Assembly: GCA_963667185.2 (NCBI GenBank)
Contig: OY762953.2
Span: 1,776,129-1,840,128, forward strand
Reading direction: 5' to 3'
DNA from: Treponemataceae bacterium
GTDB taxonomy: Bacteria; Spirochaetota; Spirochaetia; Treponematales; Treponemataceae
Length of the DNA stretch: 64,000 bases
Part shown: positions 52,273 through 60,661 of the stretch, piece after piece
Position numbering within the stretch: position 1 is the first letter of the stretch
How the letters are laid out: each line of letters starts with the position of its first letter
Made by a program: the position numbers and the translations under genes
The notes under the pieces: generated by a model
Seen by the model: only the letters and a program-made list of their open reading frames with translations
Databases searched by the model: none
Told to the model about the DNA's origin: nothing

Positions 52273-53511
52273 TTACTTCACGGCCGGAAACTTTACCGAG
52301 AGGGAGGGATAATCAAAAAATCCGTCGCTTTCTACCAATGAAGATGCAAGCCGGGCAAGCCGTTCGTTGCCGATCAGGGACTCAAGCTTTCGCCCGTTAT
52401 CGGCGCAAAGATCCTCGAGCATACCGCAGAGGATTCTGGAAACGGGAAAGGGATCTGATGCAACGACTTTTGCCTTCTTTCTGCCGAGCGCGGACCGGGC
52501 GGAGGATAGCCAGGCGGCGTAGCGGTCGGTCGCGGCGCGTAATGGCCTGACGTCCACACCGCGCGTCGCGAAGAGGCTTTGCATGTGGCAGAAGAGGACA
52601 AAAAGCGCGTCGGGCGCGCAAAGGATATCGCGGTAGATCGAATGGGGGATGAGTTCGTTCTCCCCGAGGGCGGCAAGGCTTTCGTGGATGCCTCTCGCGG
52701 AACGCATCTGGTCCGCCGCGCGCGGCATGCCGGATTGGCGGTTTTCCGAAAAGAGATCCGTGTACAGGGGCTCGAGGTCGCCGTAATGCGCGCGTACGAC
52801 TTCGGCGATAAATAGGTCCTTTTGCTTTCCCGGCCTGAGCGTGACCCCTCCTGCATAGATGAACTCGGCTCCCGCGTCGCGTGCCGCGGCGAAAAGAGGC
52901 TCGGTATTTTCCGCAGTGAGCGTGATGCCCGGGCACAGCGGCATCGCCATGACGCCCGTCCTGAAGCCCGCTTCCCGTGCACGGCGAATCACCTCGAGTC
53001 TTTGATCGGGCGGGCTCGCGCCGGGCTCGAGTATTCGCGCCTTTTCGGGGTCGGTCGTCGTTACGGTGACCATGACAAGCGCGCGGGGAAAGCGCGCGAG
53101 GATGTCGAAGTCGCGGAGAATCAGATCGCTTTTCGTGAGAATGACGATGGGAAGGGCGGTGGGGACGAGGGCTTCGAGGACGCGCCGCGTGAGGCCGAGC
53201 TCGCGCTCTATCGGCTGGTACACGTCGGTGACGCCCGAACCGAGCCCGATTGCGCCAAACTCGCGCGCGGCGAGTCCTGCCTCGACGTTTTTTGCGACGA
53301 GCTCGCTCAAATTTGTTCGTGCGGCGATGTCGCGCTCGAAGTCACCCTCGACGTAGTATTTTTCCGCGCGCCCGTCGCAATAGCGGCACGCGTGAGCGCA
53401 GCCGCGATAGGGCGCGAGGCAGCGGTAGAGGCAGGCGAAAAAAGGGTCGGGAAGCGGGGCACGGGTAATGCCCGACTTCGCCTCGATGGGAACGAATTGC
53501 GCGGTACTCAT
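52273..53511 (-). CDS. radical SAM protein (SplB/COG1533-like; function unknown)
   Basis: CAHACRYC (CxxxCxxC) cluster motif near the N-terminus in the context YRGCAHACRYCDG. 412 aa. Confidence 0.75.
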   Translation of the reverse strand: MSTAQFVPIEAKSGITRAPLPDPFFACLYRCLAPYRGCAHACRYCDGRAEKYYVEGDFERDIAARTNLSELVAKNVEAGLAAREFGAIGLGSGVTDVYQPIERELGLTRRVLEALVPTALPIVILTKSDLILRDFDILARFPRALVMVTVTTTDPEKARILEPGASPPDQRLEVIRRAREAGFRTGVMAMPLCPGITLTAENTEPLFAAARDAGAEFIYAGGVTLRPGKQKDLFIAEVVRAHYGDLEPLYTDLFSENRQSGMPRAADQMRSARGIHESLAALGENELIPHSIYRDILCAPDALFVLFCHMQSLFATRGVDVRPLRAATDRYAAWLSSARSALGRKKAKVVASDPFPVSRILCGMLEDLCADNGRKLESLIGNERLARLASSLVESDGFFDYPSLSVKFPAVK

Positions 53512-53519
53512 CGGGATCG

Positions 53520-53548
53520 ATGATAGCGCATCCCGGGATCGGGGTCAA
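53520..53548 (-). promoter_or_regulatory. promoter TTGACC-N17-TATCAT, 8 nt before radical SAM ATG 53511 (leaderless layout)
   Basis: Minus-strand TTGACC 53548-53543, TATCAT 53525-53520. Confidence 0.5.
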
Positions 53549-53563
53549 ACCTTTTGGCAGCGG

Positions 53564-55807
53564 TCACTCAACCGTAAGCGTCGCGAAAAGAAGGCTTTCC
53601 GTTCTCGAATCATGGCCCGCCTGGATGTCGAATTCGCCGCTTTCGAGCACCGTCTTCTCGTCCGGGGTGACGATCGATAGGGAATCGACCGGGATGGGGA
53701 CGGAAACGGTAACGGTCTTTCCTGCGGGAATCGCGACCTGGGTAAAGCCTTTGAGCTCGCGCACCGGAGTGATGATGGATGCGACGCGGTCGGTTGCGTA
53801 CACTTGCACGGTCTCGACTCCGTCGCGGGAGCCTGTATTGGTGAGCGTCACGATCGCATTGACCGTGTCGCCTGCGCGCGCGCGGCTTGAGGAGAGGGTC
53901 AGCGAGTCATAGCGGAACGACGTGTACGAGAGTCCTTCGCCGAACGCGAATAGCGGCGTGGAATCGCAATCGAAGTACCGTCCGTCGTGCCAGCCGGGAA
54001 TCTGGTTGTAGTAAACGGGAAGCTGGCCCGTCGAGCGGGGGAACGAGATCGGAAGGCGTCCCTGGGGATTGACGCGGCCGAAGATGATTTCCGCCGCCGC
54101 CCGCCCGCCGAGGGTGCCAGAGTTGAACGTCTCGAGAATGGCGGACGAAGCCGAGGCAACCCGTGCGAACTCAAGCGGCTTGCCGTTTACGAGGATTGCG
54201 ACGAGCGGTATGTTTTTCTTTTTGCACACGGCCGCGAGCGCTTCGGCAAGTTTATCCTGGGCGCCGGTGAGCGCGAGGTTCGAGCGGTCATGGCCTTCGC
54301 CGGTTTGCGGGAGGCTGTCGCCGAGGGCGACGAAGACCGCGTCCGCTTTTTTCGCGAGCGAGACCGCTCGCTGGATGGTTTCATTTTTCGCGTCGTACAT
54401 GTCGCAGCCTTTGTCGTGGAGGACCTTGATCCCCTCGCGCACCGCTTCCGCGCGGATACCGTCGAGCATGGTCGTTACGCGGAAATTCGGGATCGCGTCG
54501 TAGTGGGGCAGGGGATGGGTAAAGAAGGTCCAGTCGCCGAACTGCGCGCGCACGGAGTCCGCGTTCGGCCCGATTACCGCGATTGTTTTGACACGGCGCC
54601 CATTGCTTCCGATCGGGAGGCTCGGGACGCCTTTGACCTCTTCATTCTTGAGGAGGACGATAGACTTTCTTGCGGCATCGAGCGATGCCTCGAGGTGCGC
54701 TTCGCAGCCGAACACCGCCTCGGCGCGTTTTGCCTCGGGGTCTTCCTCGAGGCTGAGCGTCTTTACCTTTTCAGGCACGTCGAAAAGTCCGACGCTGAAC
54801 TTGACCGAGAGAATGCGGGTTACCGCTTCGTCAATCGCGAGCGCGGAAACTTCTCCTTCCCTGAGGAGCGCGAGCGTCGCTTCGTAGAATTCGGGACTCG
54901 TCATGATCATATCGTTCCCCGAGTCAATCGCGATTTTTGACGCAGCCTTTATATCTTTCGCGACTTTTTGGCGGGCGACGAGGCTCGTCACGTTTGACCA
55001 GTCGGTTACGACGAAGCCTGAGAAACCGAGTTCGTCCTTGAGTACGTCGCGGAGGAGCTTTCGGTGCGCCGAGCACGGCACGCGGTCGACCGGCTCGTAA
55101 CCGGCCATGACGGTAAAGCAGCCGGCCTTGATCGCCTCGCGGAACGGCGGGAGAAAGACATCGCGCACGGTGCGCATCGAGACGGAGGAATCATAGGAGT
55201 CGCGGCCGCCCGTGCTCTCCCCGTAGGCGATATAGTGTTTGGCGCAGGCGATAATGCGATCCGCGCTTGCAGGATTTTTTCCCTGATAGCCGCGCACGGC
55301 GCCGGCTCCCATCCGCCCGGCGAGAAAGGGATCCTCGCCGAAGGTTTCATCGATCCGGCCCCAGCGAAGGTCCCGTCCCAGGCAAAAGACCGGAGAGAAC
55401 GTCCAGTGAAGGCCTTCCGCGCACACTTCGCGCGCGGTAACTTCGCCCATCTTCTCCGCAAGTACGGGGTCCCAGCTCGACGCGAGGGAGAGTTGGGAGG
55501 GAAACACCGTCGCGCCGTTATGGATAGCGTGTCCGTGAATCGCGTCGATCCCGAAGATTACGGGAATGCCGAGCCGGTTTTCCGTCGCGAGCTTTTGGAG
55601 CCGGCGGGCGTTGTTGCCGAGTACATGAAGGAATGAACCTGCGCCGATTCTGGCCCAATTGTCCGCGTCGTCCTTTGGAACGATGCTGTAGCTGATCTGC
55701 ACCATCTGGGCGACCTTTTCTTCGATCGTCATCGCGGCGAGGAGGAGCTTGACCCGCTCGGTGACGGGAAGCGAGGAATCGAGCCAGGGACGTTGAATCG
55801 TGTTCAT
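53564..55807 (-). CDS. GH3 beta-glucosidase (BglX-like)
   Basis: 747 aa. GH3 N-domain with nucleophile motif GFVVTDW, plus C-terminal and FnIII-like domains. GGAGAGA SD. Confidence 0.9.
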   Translation of the reverse strand: MNTIQRPWLDSSLPVTERVKLLLAAMTIEEKVAQMVQISYSIVPKDDADNWARIGAGSFLHVLGNNARRLQKLATENRLGIPVIFGIDAIHGHAIHNGATVFPSQLSLASSWDPVLAEKMGEVTAREVCAEGLHWTFSPVFCLGRDLRWGRIDETFGEDPFLAGRMGAGAVRGYQGKNPASADRIIACAKHYIAYGESTGGRDSYDSSVSMRTVRDVFLPPFREAIKAGCFTVMAGYEPVDRVPCSAHRKLLRDVLKDELGFSGFVVTDWSNVTSLVARQKVAKDIKAASKIAIDSGNDMIMTSPEFYEATLALLREGEVSALAIDEAVTRILSVKFSVGLFDVPEKVKTLSLEEDPEAKRAEAVFGCEAHLEASLDAARKSIVLLKNEEVKGVPSLPIGSNGRRVKTIAVIGPNADSVRAQFGDWTFFTHPLPHYDAIPNFRVTTMLDGIRAEAVREGIKVLHDKGCDMYDAKNETIQRAVSLAKKADAVFVALGDSLPQTGEGHDRSNLALTGAQDKLAEALAAVCKKKNIPLVAILVNGKPLEFARVASASSAILETFNSGTLGGRAAAEIIFGRVNPQGRLPISFPRSTGQLPVYYNQIPGWHDGRYFDCDSTPLFAFGEGLSYTSFRYDSLTLSSSRARAGDTVNAIVTLTNTGSRDGVETVQVYATDRVASIITPVRELKGFTQVAIPAGKTVTVSVPIPVDSLSIVTPDEKTVLESGEFDIQAGHDSRTESLLFATLTVE

Positions 55808-55828
55808 GTATCTCTCCGGAAAATAAAA

Positions 55829-55843
55829 GTTTCTCTAAGAAAC
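55829..55843. promoter_or_regulatory. inverted repeat GTTTCT-N3-AGAAAC upstream of the GH3 gene
   Basis: Read directly. Same half-sites as 19663-19684 but with different spacing. Confidence 0.2.
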
Positions 55844-55913
55844 AAATATGACGCATCTCCGGTAAAAAAGCAAGAGGGATTCGTATCCACGCGCGTAAAA
55901 ACGACAGGCGCAT

Positions 55914-55942
55914 TTGACCCGCTCCTTCATCCGTGGTAGCAT
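55914..55942 (+). promoter_or_regulatory. promoter TTGACC-N17-TGgTAGCAT for the 90-aa ORF (leadered)
   Basis: TTGACC 55914-55919, TGg 55934-55936, TAGCAT 55937-55942. Confidence 0.45.
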
Positions 55943-55975
55943 TTACCCCATCAGGGTCCTTAAGGAGATTTCGTC

Positions 55976-56248
55976 ATGAATACACCTTCGCGGCTTCTCG
56001 AGTTTCAGGACAAAGTCATGAGGGACTCGCGCGGCGCGCTGTATGAGGGCGAAATGATCATAACCCTGAACGACGAACGGAGCGCGTGCGGCAAGACTGA
56101 ATGCGTCGTCGCCTTTCGCGAGGGAAAGATCAGCAACATCGGCAAATGGGCTGCCTATTTTATGGACGGTCACCGCGAGTCGTGGCAAAACGGGCGATTC
56201 GTGTCGGCGATACCGGCGTACGAACTTCAGGAAAAGCTGCCGCTGTAG
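55976..56248 (+). CDS. small hypothetical protein (90 aa)
   Basis: Own promoter TTGACC-N17-(TGg)TAGCAT at 55914-55942 and AAGGAG SD at 55962-55967. No recognisable motif. Confidence 0.5.
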   Translation: MNTPSRLLEFQDKVMRDSRGALYEGEMIITLNDERSACGKTECVVAFREGKISNIGKWAAYFMDGHRESWQNGRFVSAIPAYELQEKLPL

Positions 56249-56370
56249 CGCGCGTGCGAAACGAGGCAGTGCTGAACCTCGCCCGGGTGCTATTGAGAAA
56301 CCCCCGAAAAGTCAGTATATTGAAGACATTCGCCCATGCGTCTCAGGCAGGGTGATACTGGAGCTTTTCT

Positions 56371-58422
56371 ATGAGTATGGACAAAATGCGGAATATCGGG
56401 ATCATGGCGCACATCGACGCGGGAAAAACCACGACGACCGAGCGGATCCTTTTCTATACGGGCAAGATTCACCGGATCGGCGAGATCGACGACGGAGAAG
56501 CGACGATGGACTGGATGGCGCAAGAGCAGGAACGCGGCATCACGATCCAGAGCGCGGCGACGACGACGTATTGGCGCGACCATCAGATCAATATCATCGA
56601 CACACCCGGCCACGTGGACTTTACCGCCGAGGTTGAGCGTTCGCTCCGCGTGCTCGACGGCGCGGTAGCGGTCCTTTGCGCGGTTGGCGGCGTTCAGCCC
56701 CAGACCGAGACGGTGTGGCGCCAGGCCGACCAGTACAAGGTTCCCCGCGTATGCTTCGTCAACAAGATGGACCGCGTTGGAGCCGATTACTTTGGCGCGA
56801 TCACGGACGTTCGGGAAAAATTCGGCGCCGTATGCGTGCCGCTCCAGATTCCGATCGGGCAGGGCGCGGACTATGAGGGCGTGATTGATCTTGTCACGAT
56901 GAAGGAAATCCGCTGGGACGCGGAGAGTGACGGCGAGAAAATGGACGTGACCGACATCGCGCCCGGGCGGCTCGAGGCAGCGCGCGAATGGCGAGAGAAA
57001 ATGCTCGACGCGGTGTCCTCCGCGTCCGACGAGATCACCGAGCTCATCCTCGAGGGAGCCGAGCTTCCCCCCGAGCTCATCAAGAAAGAAATCCGCCGCG
57101 CGACGATCGCGCGCGACTTTATCCCCTTCGTGTGCGGCGCCTCGAGGCGCAATCAGGGCATCCAGCCCCTCATCGACGCGATCGTCGACTATCTTCCCGC
57201 TCCCGACGAAGTTCCGCCCGCGATCGGCTTTCACACCAAGAAAGAGGAAGAAATCGGCGTTCCCTGCAAGGCTGACGGCGTGCCGCTCGGCCTCGTGTTC
57301 AAGATTCAGTACGACCGCGAGGCGGGTTCTCTTTGCTACGTGCGCATGTATTCCGGCAAGATAAAGACCGGCGACCAGATATTCAACGTCGGCAAGAAAA
57401 AGCGCGAACGCGTCAACCGCATCCTCCGCATGCACTCGAACAAGAGCGATCCGCTTGATTCCGTCGAGGCGGGCGACATTGCCGTCATCATCGGACTCAA
57501 GCTTGCGCAAACCGGCGACACCGTCGGCAGCGAAGGCATGCCGATCCTACTCGAAAAAATGCACTTCCCCGAGCCGGTAATTTCGGTATCGATCGAACCG
57601 AAGACCATGAGCGAGCGCGACAAGCTGAAAGAGACCCTCGAGATCCTCGCGCGCGAGGACCCGACCTTCACGAGCCGCGAGGACGCGGAGACCGGACAGC
57701 TCATCATTTCCGGCATGGGCGAGCTTCACCTCGACGTGCTCGTTACCCGCATGATAGACGACTTCAAGGTCGCCGCGCGCGTCGGTAACCCGCAGGTCAC
57801 CTATCGCGAGTCGGTAACCCAGGTCGCCGAATATACCGAGAACTTCAGCCGGCAGCTCGGCGGCAAGGACAACACCGCGGGCGTCACGCTCCGTGTCGAG
57901 CAGCTTCCGCGCGGCTCGGGCAACCAGTACCGATGTGACGTCAAGAAAACGCAGGGCGTTCCCGAGGATATCTTCGACGCGATCGAGCTTGCGATCACGA
58001 GCGCCTTTGGCTCCGGTATCCAGTACGGATATCCGTGCGCCGACGTCGGCGTGACGCTTACCGCGATCGACTACAGCGAGCTTACCTCGACGCCGTTCGC
58101 CTTTACCTCGGCTGCGTCGATCGCCTTCGACGAGGCGTGCCGGAAGGCTTCTCCCGAGCTCCTCGAGCCGGTCATGAACGTGGACATCATCTGCCCGAAG
58201 GACTTCGTCGGCGAAGCGATGAGCCAGGTAACCCAGCGGGGCGGCCTCATCTCGAGTCTCGAGTCGAAGCCCGCCAACGAGGTTGTCCATGCGCAGGCAC
58301 CGATGGCCAAAATGTTCGGTTTCTCGACCGCACTTCGCTCGGTAACTCAAGGTCGCGCGTCCTTTGCGATGACCTTCAGTCACTTCGAGGTGAAAAAGGG
58401 CGGACTCGGCAACGCCTATTGA
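56371..58422 (+). CDS. fusA: elongation factor G (stand-alone paralog, outside an str operon context)
   Basis: NIGIMAHIDAGKTTTTERILFYTG G1 motif, DTPGHVDF, NKMD. 683 aa. GGAG SD. Confidence 0.95.
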   Translation: MSMDKMRNIGIMAHIDAGKTTTTERILFYTGKIHRIGEIDDGEATMDWMAQEQERGITIQSAATTTYWRDHQINIIDTPGHVDFTAEVERSLRVLDGAVAVLCAVGGVQPQTETVWRQADQYKVPRVCFVNKMDRVGADYFGAITDVREKFGAVCVPLQIPIGQGADYEGVIDLVTMKEIRWDAESDGEKMDVTDIAPGRLEAAREWREKMLDAVSSASDEITELILEGAELPPELIKKEIRRATIARDFIPFVCGASRRNQGIQPLIDAIVDYLPAPDEVPPAIGFHTKKEEEIGVPCKADGVPLGLVFKIQYDREAGSLCYVRMYSGKIKTGDQIFNVGKKKRERVNRILRMHSNKSDPLDSVEAGDIAVIIGLKLAQTGDTVGSEGMPILLEKMHFPEPVISVSIEPKTMSERDKLKETLEILAREDPTFTSREDAETGQLIISGMGELHLDVLVTRMIDDFKVAARVGNPQVTYRESVTQVAEYTENFSRQLGGKDNTAGVTLRVEQLPRGSGNQYRCDVKKTQGVPEDIFDAIELAITSAFGSGIQYGYPCADVGVTLTAIDYSELTSTPFAFTSAASIAFDEACRKASPELLEPVMNVDIICPKDFVGEAMSQVTQRGGLISSLESKPANEVVHAQAPMAKMFGFSTALRSVTQGRASFAMTFSHFEVKKGGLGNAY

Positions 58423-58485
58423 TCGTACCGGGAGCCAAGAGTTTTTATGGTAAGGCGTCTGTAGCGCCTCTGGAAAAAGCGAAAA

Positions 58486-58510
58486 ACGCGGGATAACCCC
58501 CGCGTTTTTT
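58486..58510 (+). terminator. rho-independent terminator of fusA
   Basis: CGCGGG-ATAACC-CCCGCG followed by T6. Confidence 0.75.
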
Positions 58511-58548
58511 GTTTTCTTCGCCCTTTTCCCTTTTTTTTCATTTTCCCC

Positions 58549-58577
58549 TTGACAATTGCAGTATCAGGCGCTAATAG
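58549..58577 (+). promoter_or_regulatory. promoter TTGACA-N17-TAATAG upstream of the TetR gene
   Basis: TTGACA 58549-58554, TAATAG 58572-58577. Confidence 0.35.
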
Positions 58578-58584
58578 TGTTATG

Positions 58585-58598
58585 TAATAGAGCTATTA
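58585..58598. promoter_or_regulatory. candidate TetR operator palindrome TAATAG-AG-CTATTA
   Basis: 6-bp perfect arms just downstream of the putative -10 of the tetR/efflux operon. Confidence 0.35.
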
Positions 58599-58645
58599 AA
58601 CTAGGCAATTAAACAGAGATATTAACCTGAGGGAATGGGAGCGAT

Positions 58646-59266
58646 ATGACAGCAGAACGAAACCAGGACATGGAAGCGAAGATTCTGGAAGCAGCGGACA
58701 ATCTCTTTTCGGAGCGGGGTTTCGCGATGACTTCGACGACCGAGATCGCGAAGGAAGCCGGCTGCAATCAAGCCCTCGTCCATTATTACTTCCGGACGAA
58801 AGACCGGCTATTTGAAGCAATCTTCGAATTAAAACTCAAACTCTTCGTAAAAGCCTTTCTCAAGATTGGAAGCGAGGATCTTCCGTTCGAGGAGAAGCTC
58901 AAACGCAAGATCGAGGCGCATTTCGACATCCTTTCGGCGAACCAGCGCCTTCCGTTCCTCGTCTTCAATGAGCTTTTGACGAACCCCGAGCGCGTGAAAG
59001 GGATTCGAACCCGCATCATCCCGTTCGCTCTTGAGGCGTACGAGCAATTTGACCAGGAACTCAAGGCCGCGATCGCGAAAGGAGAGATCAGGCCGATCAC
59101 TCCGCTCGACCTCATCCTGAACGTGATCTCGATAAACGTGAGCACCTTCATTGCCGCTCCCGTCATCCGCTCGGTCATGGGTCTTGATGACAAGGCCTTC
59201 GCCGAGCTCGTCACCCACCGGCGCGCGGAAACGGTCGAGACGATCCTGCGGAGTCTGAGGCCCTGA
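58646..59266 (+). CDS. TetR-family transcriptional regulator
   Basis: N-terminal HTH TSTTEIAKEAGCNQALVHYYFRTKDRLF. Confidence 0.85.
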   Translation: MTAERNQDMEAKILEAADNLFSERGFAMTSTTEIAKEAGCNQALVHYYFRTKDRLFEAIFELKLKLFVKAFLKIGSEDLPFEEKLKRKIEAHFDILSANQRLPFLVFNELLTNPERVKGIRTRIIPFALEAYEQFDQELKAAIAKGEIRPITPLDLILNVISINVSTFIAAPVIRSVMGLDDKAFAELVTHRRAETVETILRSLRP

Positions 59267-59338
59267 CGGCCCTGAAGGCCCTGAAGGCCGGTTACGCGCG
59301 CGTGAGCGTGCGAGAGATTAAAAAAAGGAGTTTTCAGC

Positions 59339-60661
59339 ATGCGCAAGAATTGTGTGACGGTCGCCCTAGCCCTTCTTTTCGCTCAGGCAGTTCTTTTCGC
59401 CGAGACTGCTGCTATCACCGAGCCGGACGCTATCACCACTGAAACCGCCGGAGCTTCTCCGGTGACGCTCGCGGCCTGCCGCGCGGCGGTACTCTCGCGA
59501 AACCCGCTCGCCCGGGAGCGCGCGGTCATAGACCGGACGCGCGATCTTTCGGTAGGACTCGCGACGCGCGAGCTTTTTCCGAAAGTGGGCCTTTCGGCAA
59601 AGGCGACGACGCAATCGGACGCGATGGATATCTCGATTCCGCCGATTGGCCTTTCCATCAGTCAGGATCCGGAGCAATACCAGGTTACCGCGGAGATCTC
59701 TCAAACGCTCTATGACGGCGGCGTTTCGTCCGCGAAAAAAAAGGGAGCGCGCGCGAGTGCGCTCGCAGACGGACGGAAGCTCGACGTGGATCTCGATTCC
59801 CTCGTCTCGCGTGTCGACTCACTTTTCTTCGGCGTCATTCTCGCAGACGCGCAGCTCTCCCAGAACGCGTTTTTCTCGGAAGATCTCGCCGTCAACCGCG
59901 CCCGCGTCAAGGCGATGGTTGATGCGGGGAACGCGAGCAAGTCGGATCTCTCATCCGTGGAGGTTGAGATTCTCAAGGCCCGCCAGTCGCGCACCGAGCT
60001 CGAAGCAACGCGAGCCGCGCTTGTCGGAAGCCTTTCGGTATTAATCGGTGACACTCTCCCAGACTCATCCTTCGAGATGCCTCCATGCCCTCGGGACCTT
60101 TCAGGCGGCACTGATGAGCGGGGCGAGTTCGCGCTTTTTGCGGCCCAGGAAAATCTTGCCGAGAGCGCGAAGGCTGCCTCCGTCGCGCAGGCGATGCCGC
60201 GTCTTTCTGCCTTCGCGCAAGTCGGTTACGGGGTACCGGCGCTCAATATGCTTTCGAGCGATCCGGCTTCCTTCTGGGTCATCGGCTTCCGCGCAAATTG
60301 GGCGCTTGATGCTTTTTATACGCTTCCGCTTAACCTTGAGAAAGCCGACCGGCAAGCCGAGCTCTCGCACCTCAGGCGAGACGCGTTTGCGCTGAGCGCT
60401 GCGCAGGACGCGCTCAAGGCAAGAGCGGACGTCGCAAAATATTCTCGTCTGATCGGTGACGACGACGAGATCATAACGCTTCGCGAAACGATCAGGCGAT
60501 CGGCCGAGAGCAAATACGAGAACGGTACGATATCGGTGAGCGATCTTCTTCGCGAGATTACGGCCGAGCACCTCGCGCAACAAACAAAGCGCCTTCACGA
60601 GATACAGCTCCTTGCCGCCCAGTACTCGCTCGAGACCGCGCTTGGAAAGAGGGGAAAATGA
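59339..60661 (+). CDS. TolC-like outer-membrane efflux protein
   Basis: Signal peptide. Two-repeat OEP architecture, 440 aa. AAAGGAG SD. First gene after the TetR gene. Confidence 0.75.
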   Translation: MRKNCVTVALALLFAQAVLFAETAAITEPDAITTETAGASPVTLAACRAAVLSRNPLARERAVIDRTRDLSVGLATRELFPKVGLSAKATTQSDAMDISIPPIGLSISQDPEQYQVTAEISQTLYDGGVSSAKKKGARASALADGRKLDVDLDSLVSRVDSLFFGVILADAQLSQNAFFSEDLAVNRARVKAMVDAGNASKSDLSSVEVEILKARQSRTELEATRAALVGSLSVLIGDTLPDSSFEMPPCPRDLSGGTDERGEFALFAAQENLAESAKAASVAQAMPRLSAFAQVGYGVPALNMLSSDPASFWVIGFRANWALDAFYTLPLNLEKADRQAELSHLRRDAFALSAAQDALKARADVAKYSRLIGDDDEIITLRETIRRSAESKYENGTISVSDLLREITAEHLAQQTKRLHEIQLLAAQYSLETALGKRGK

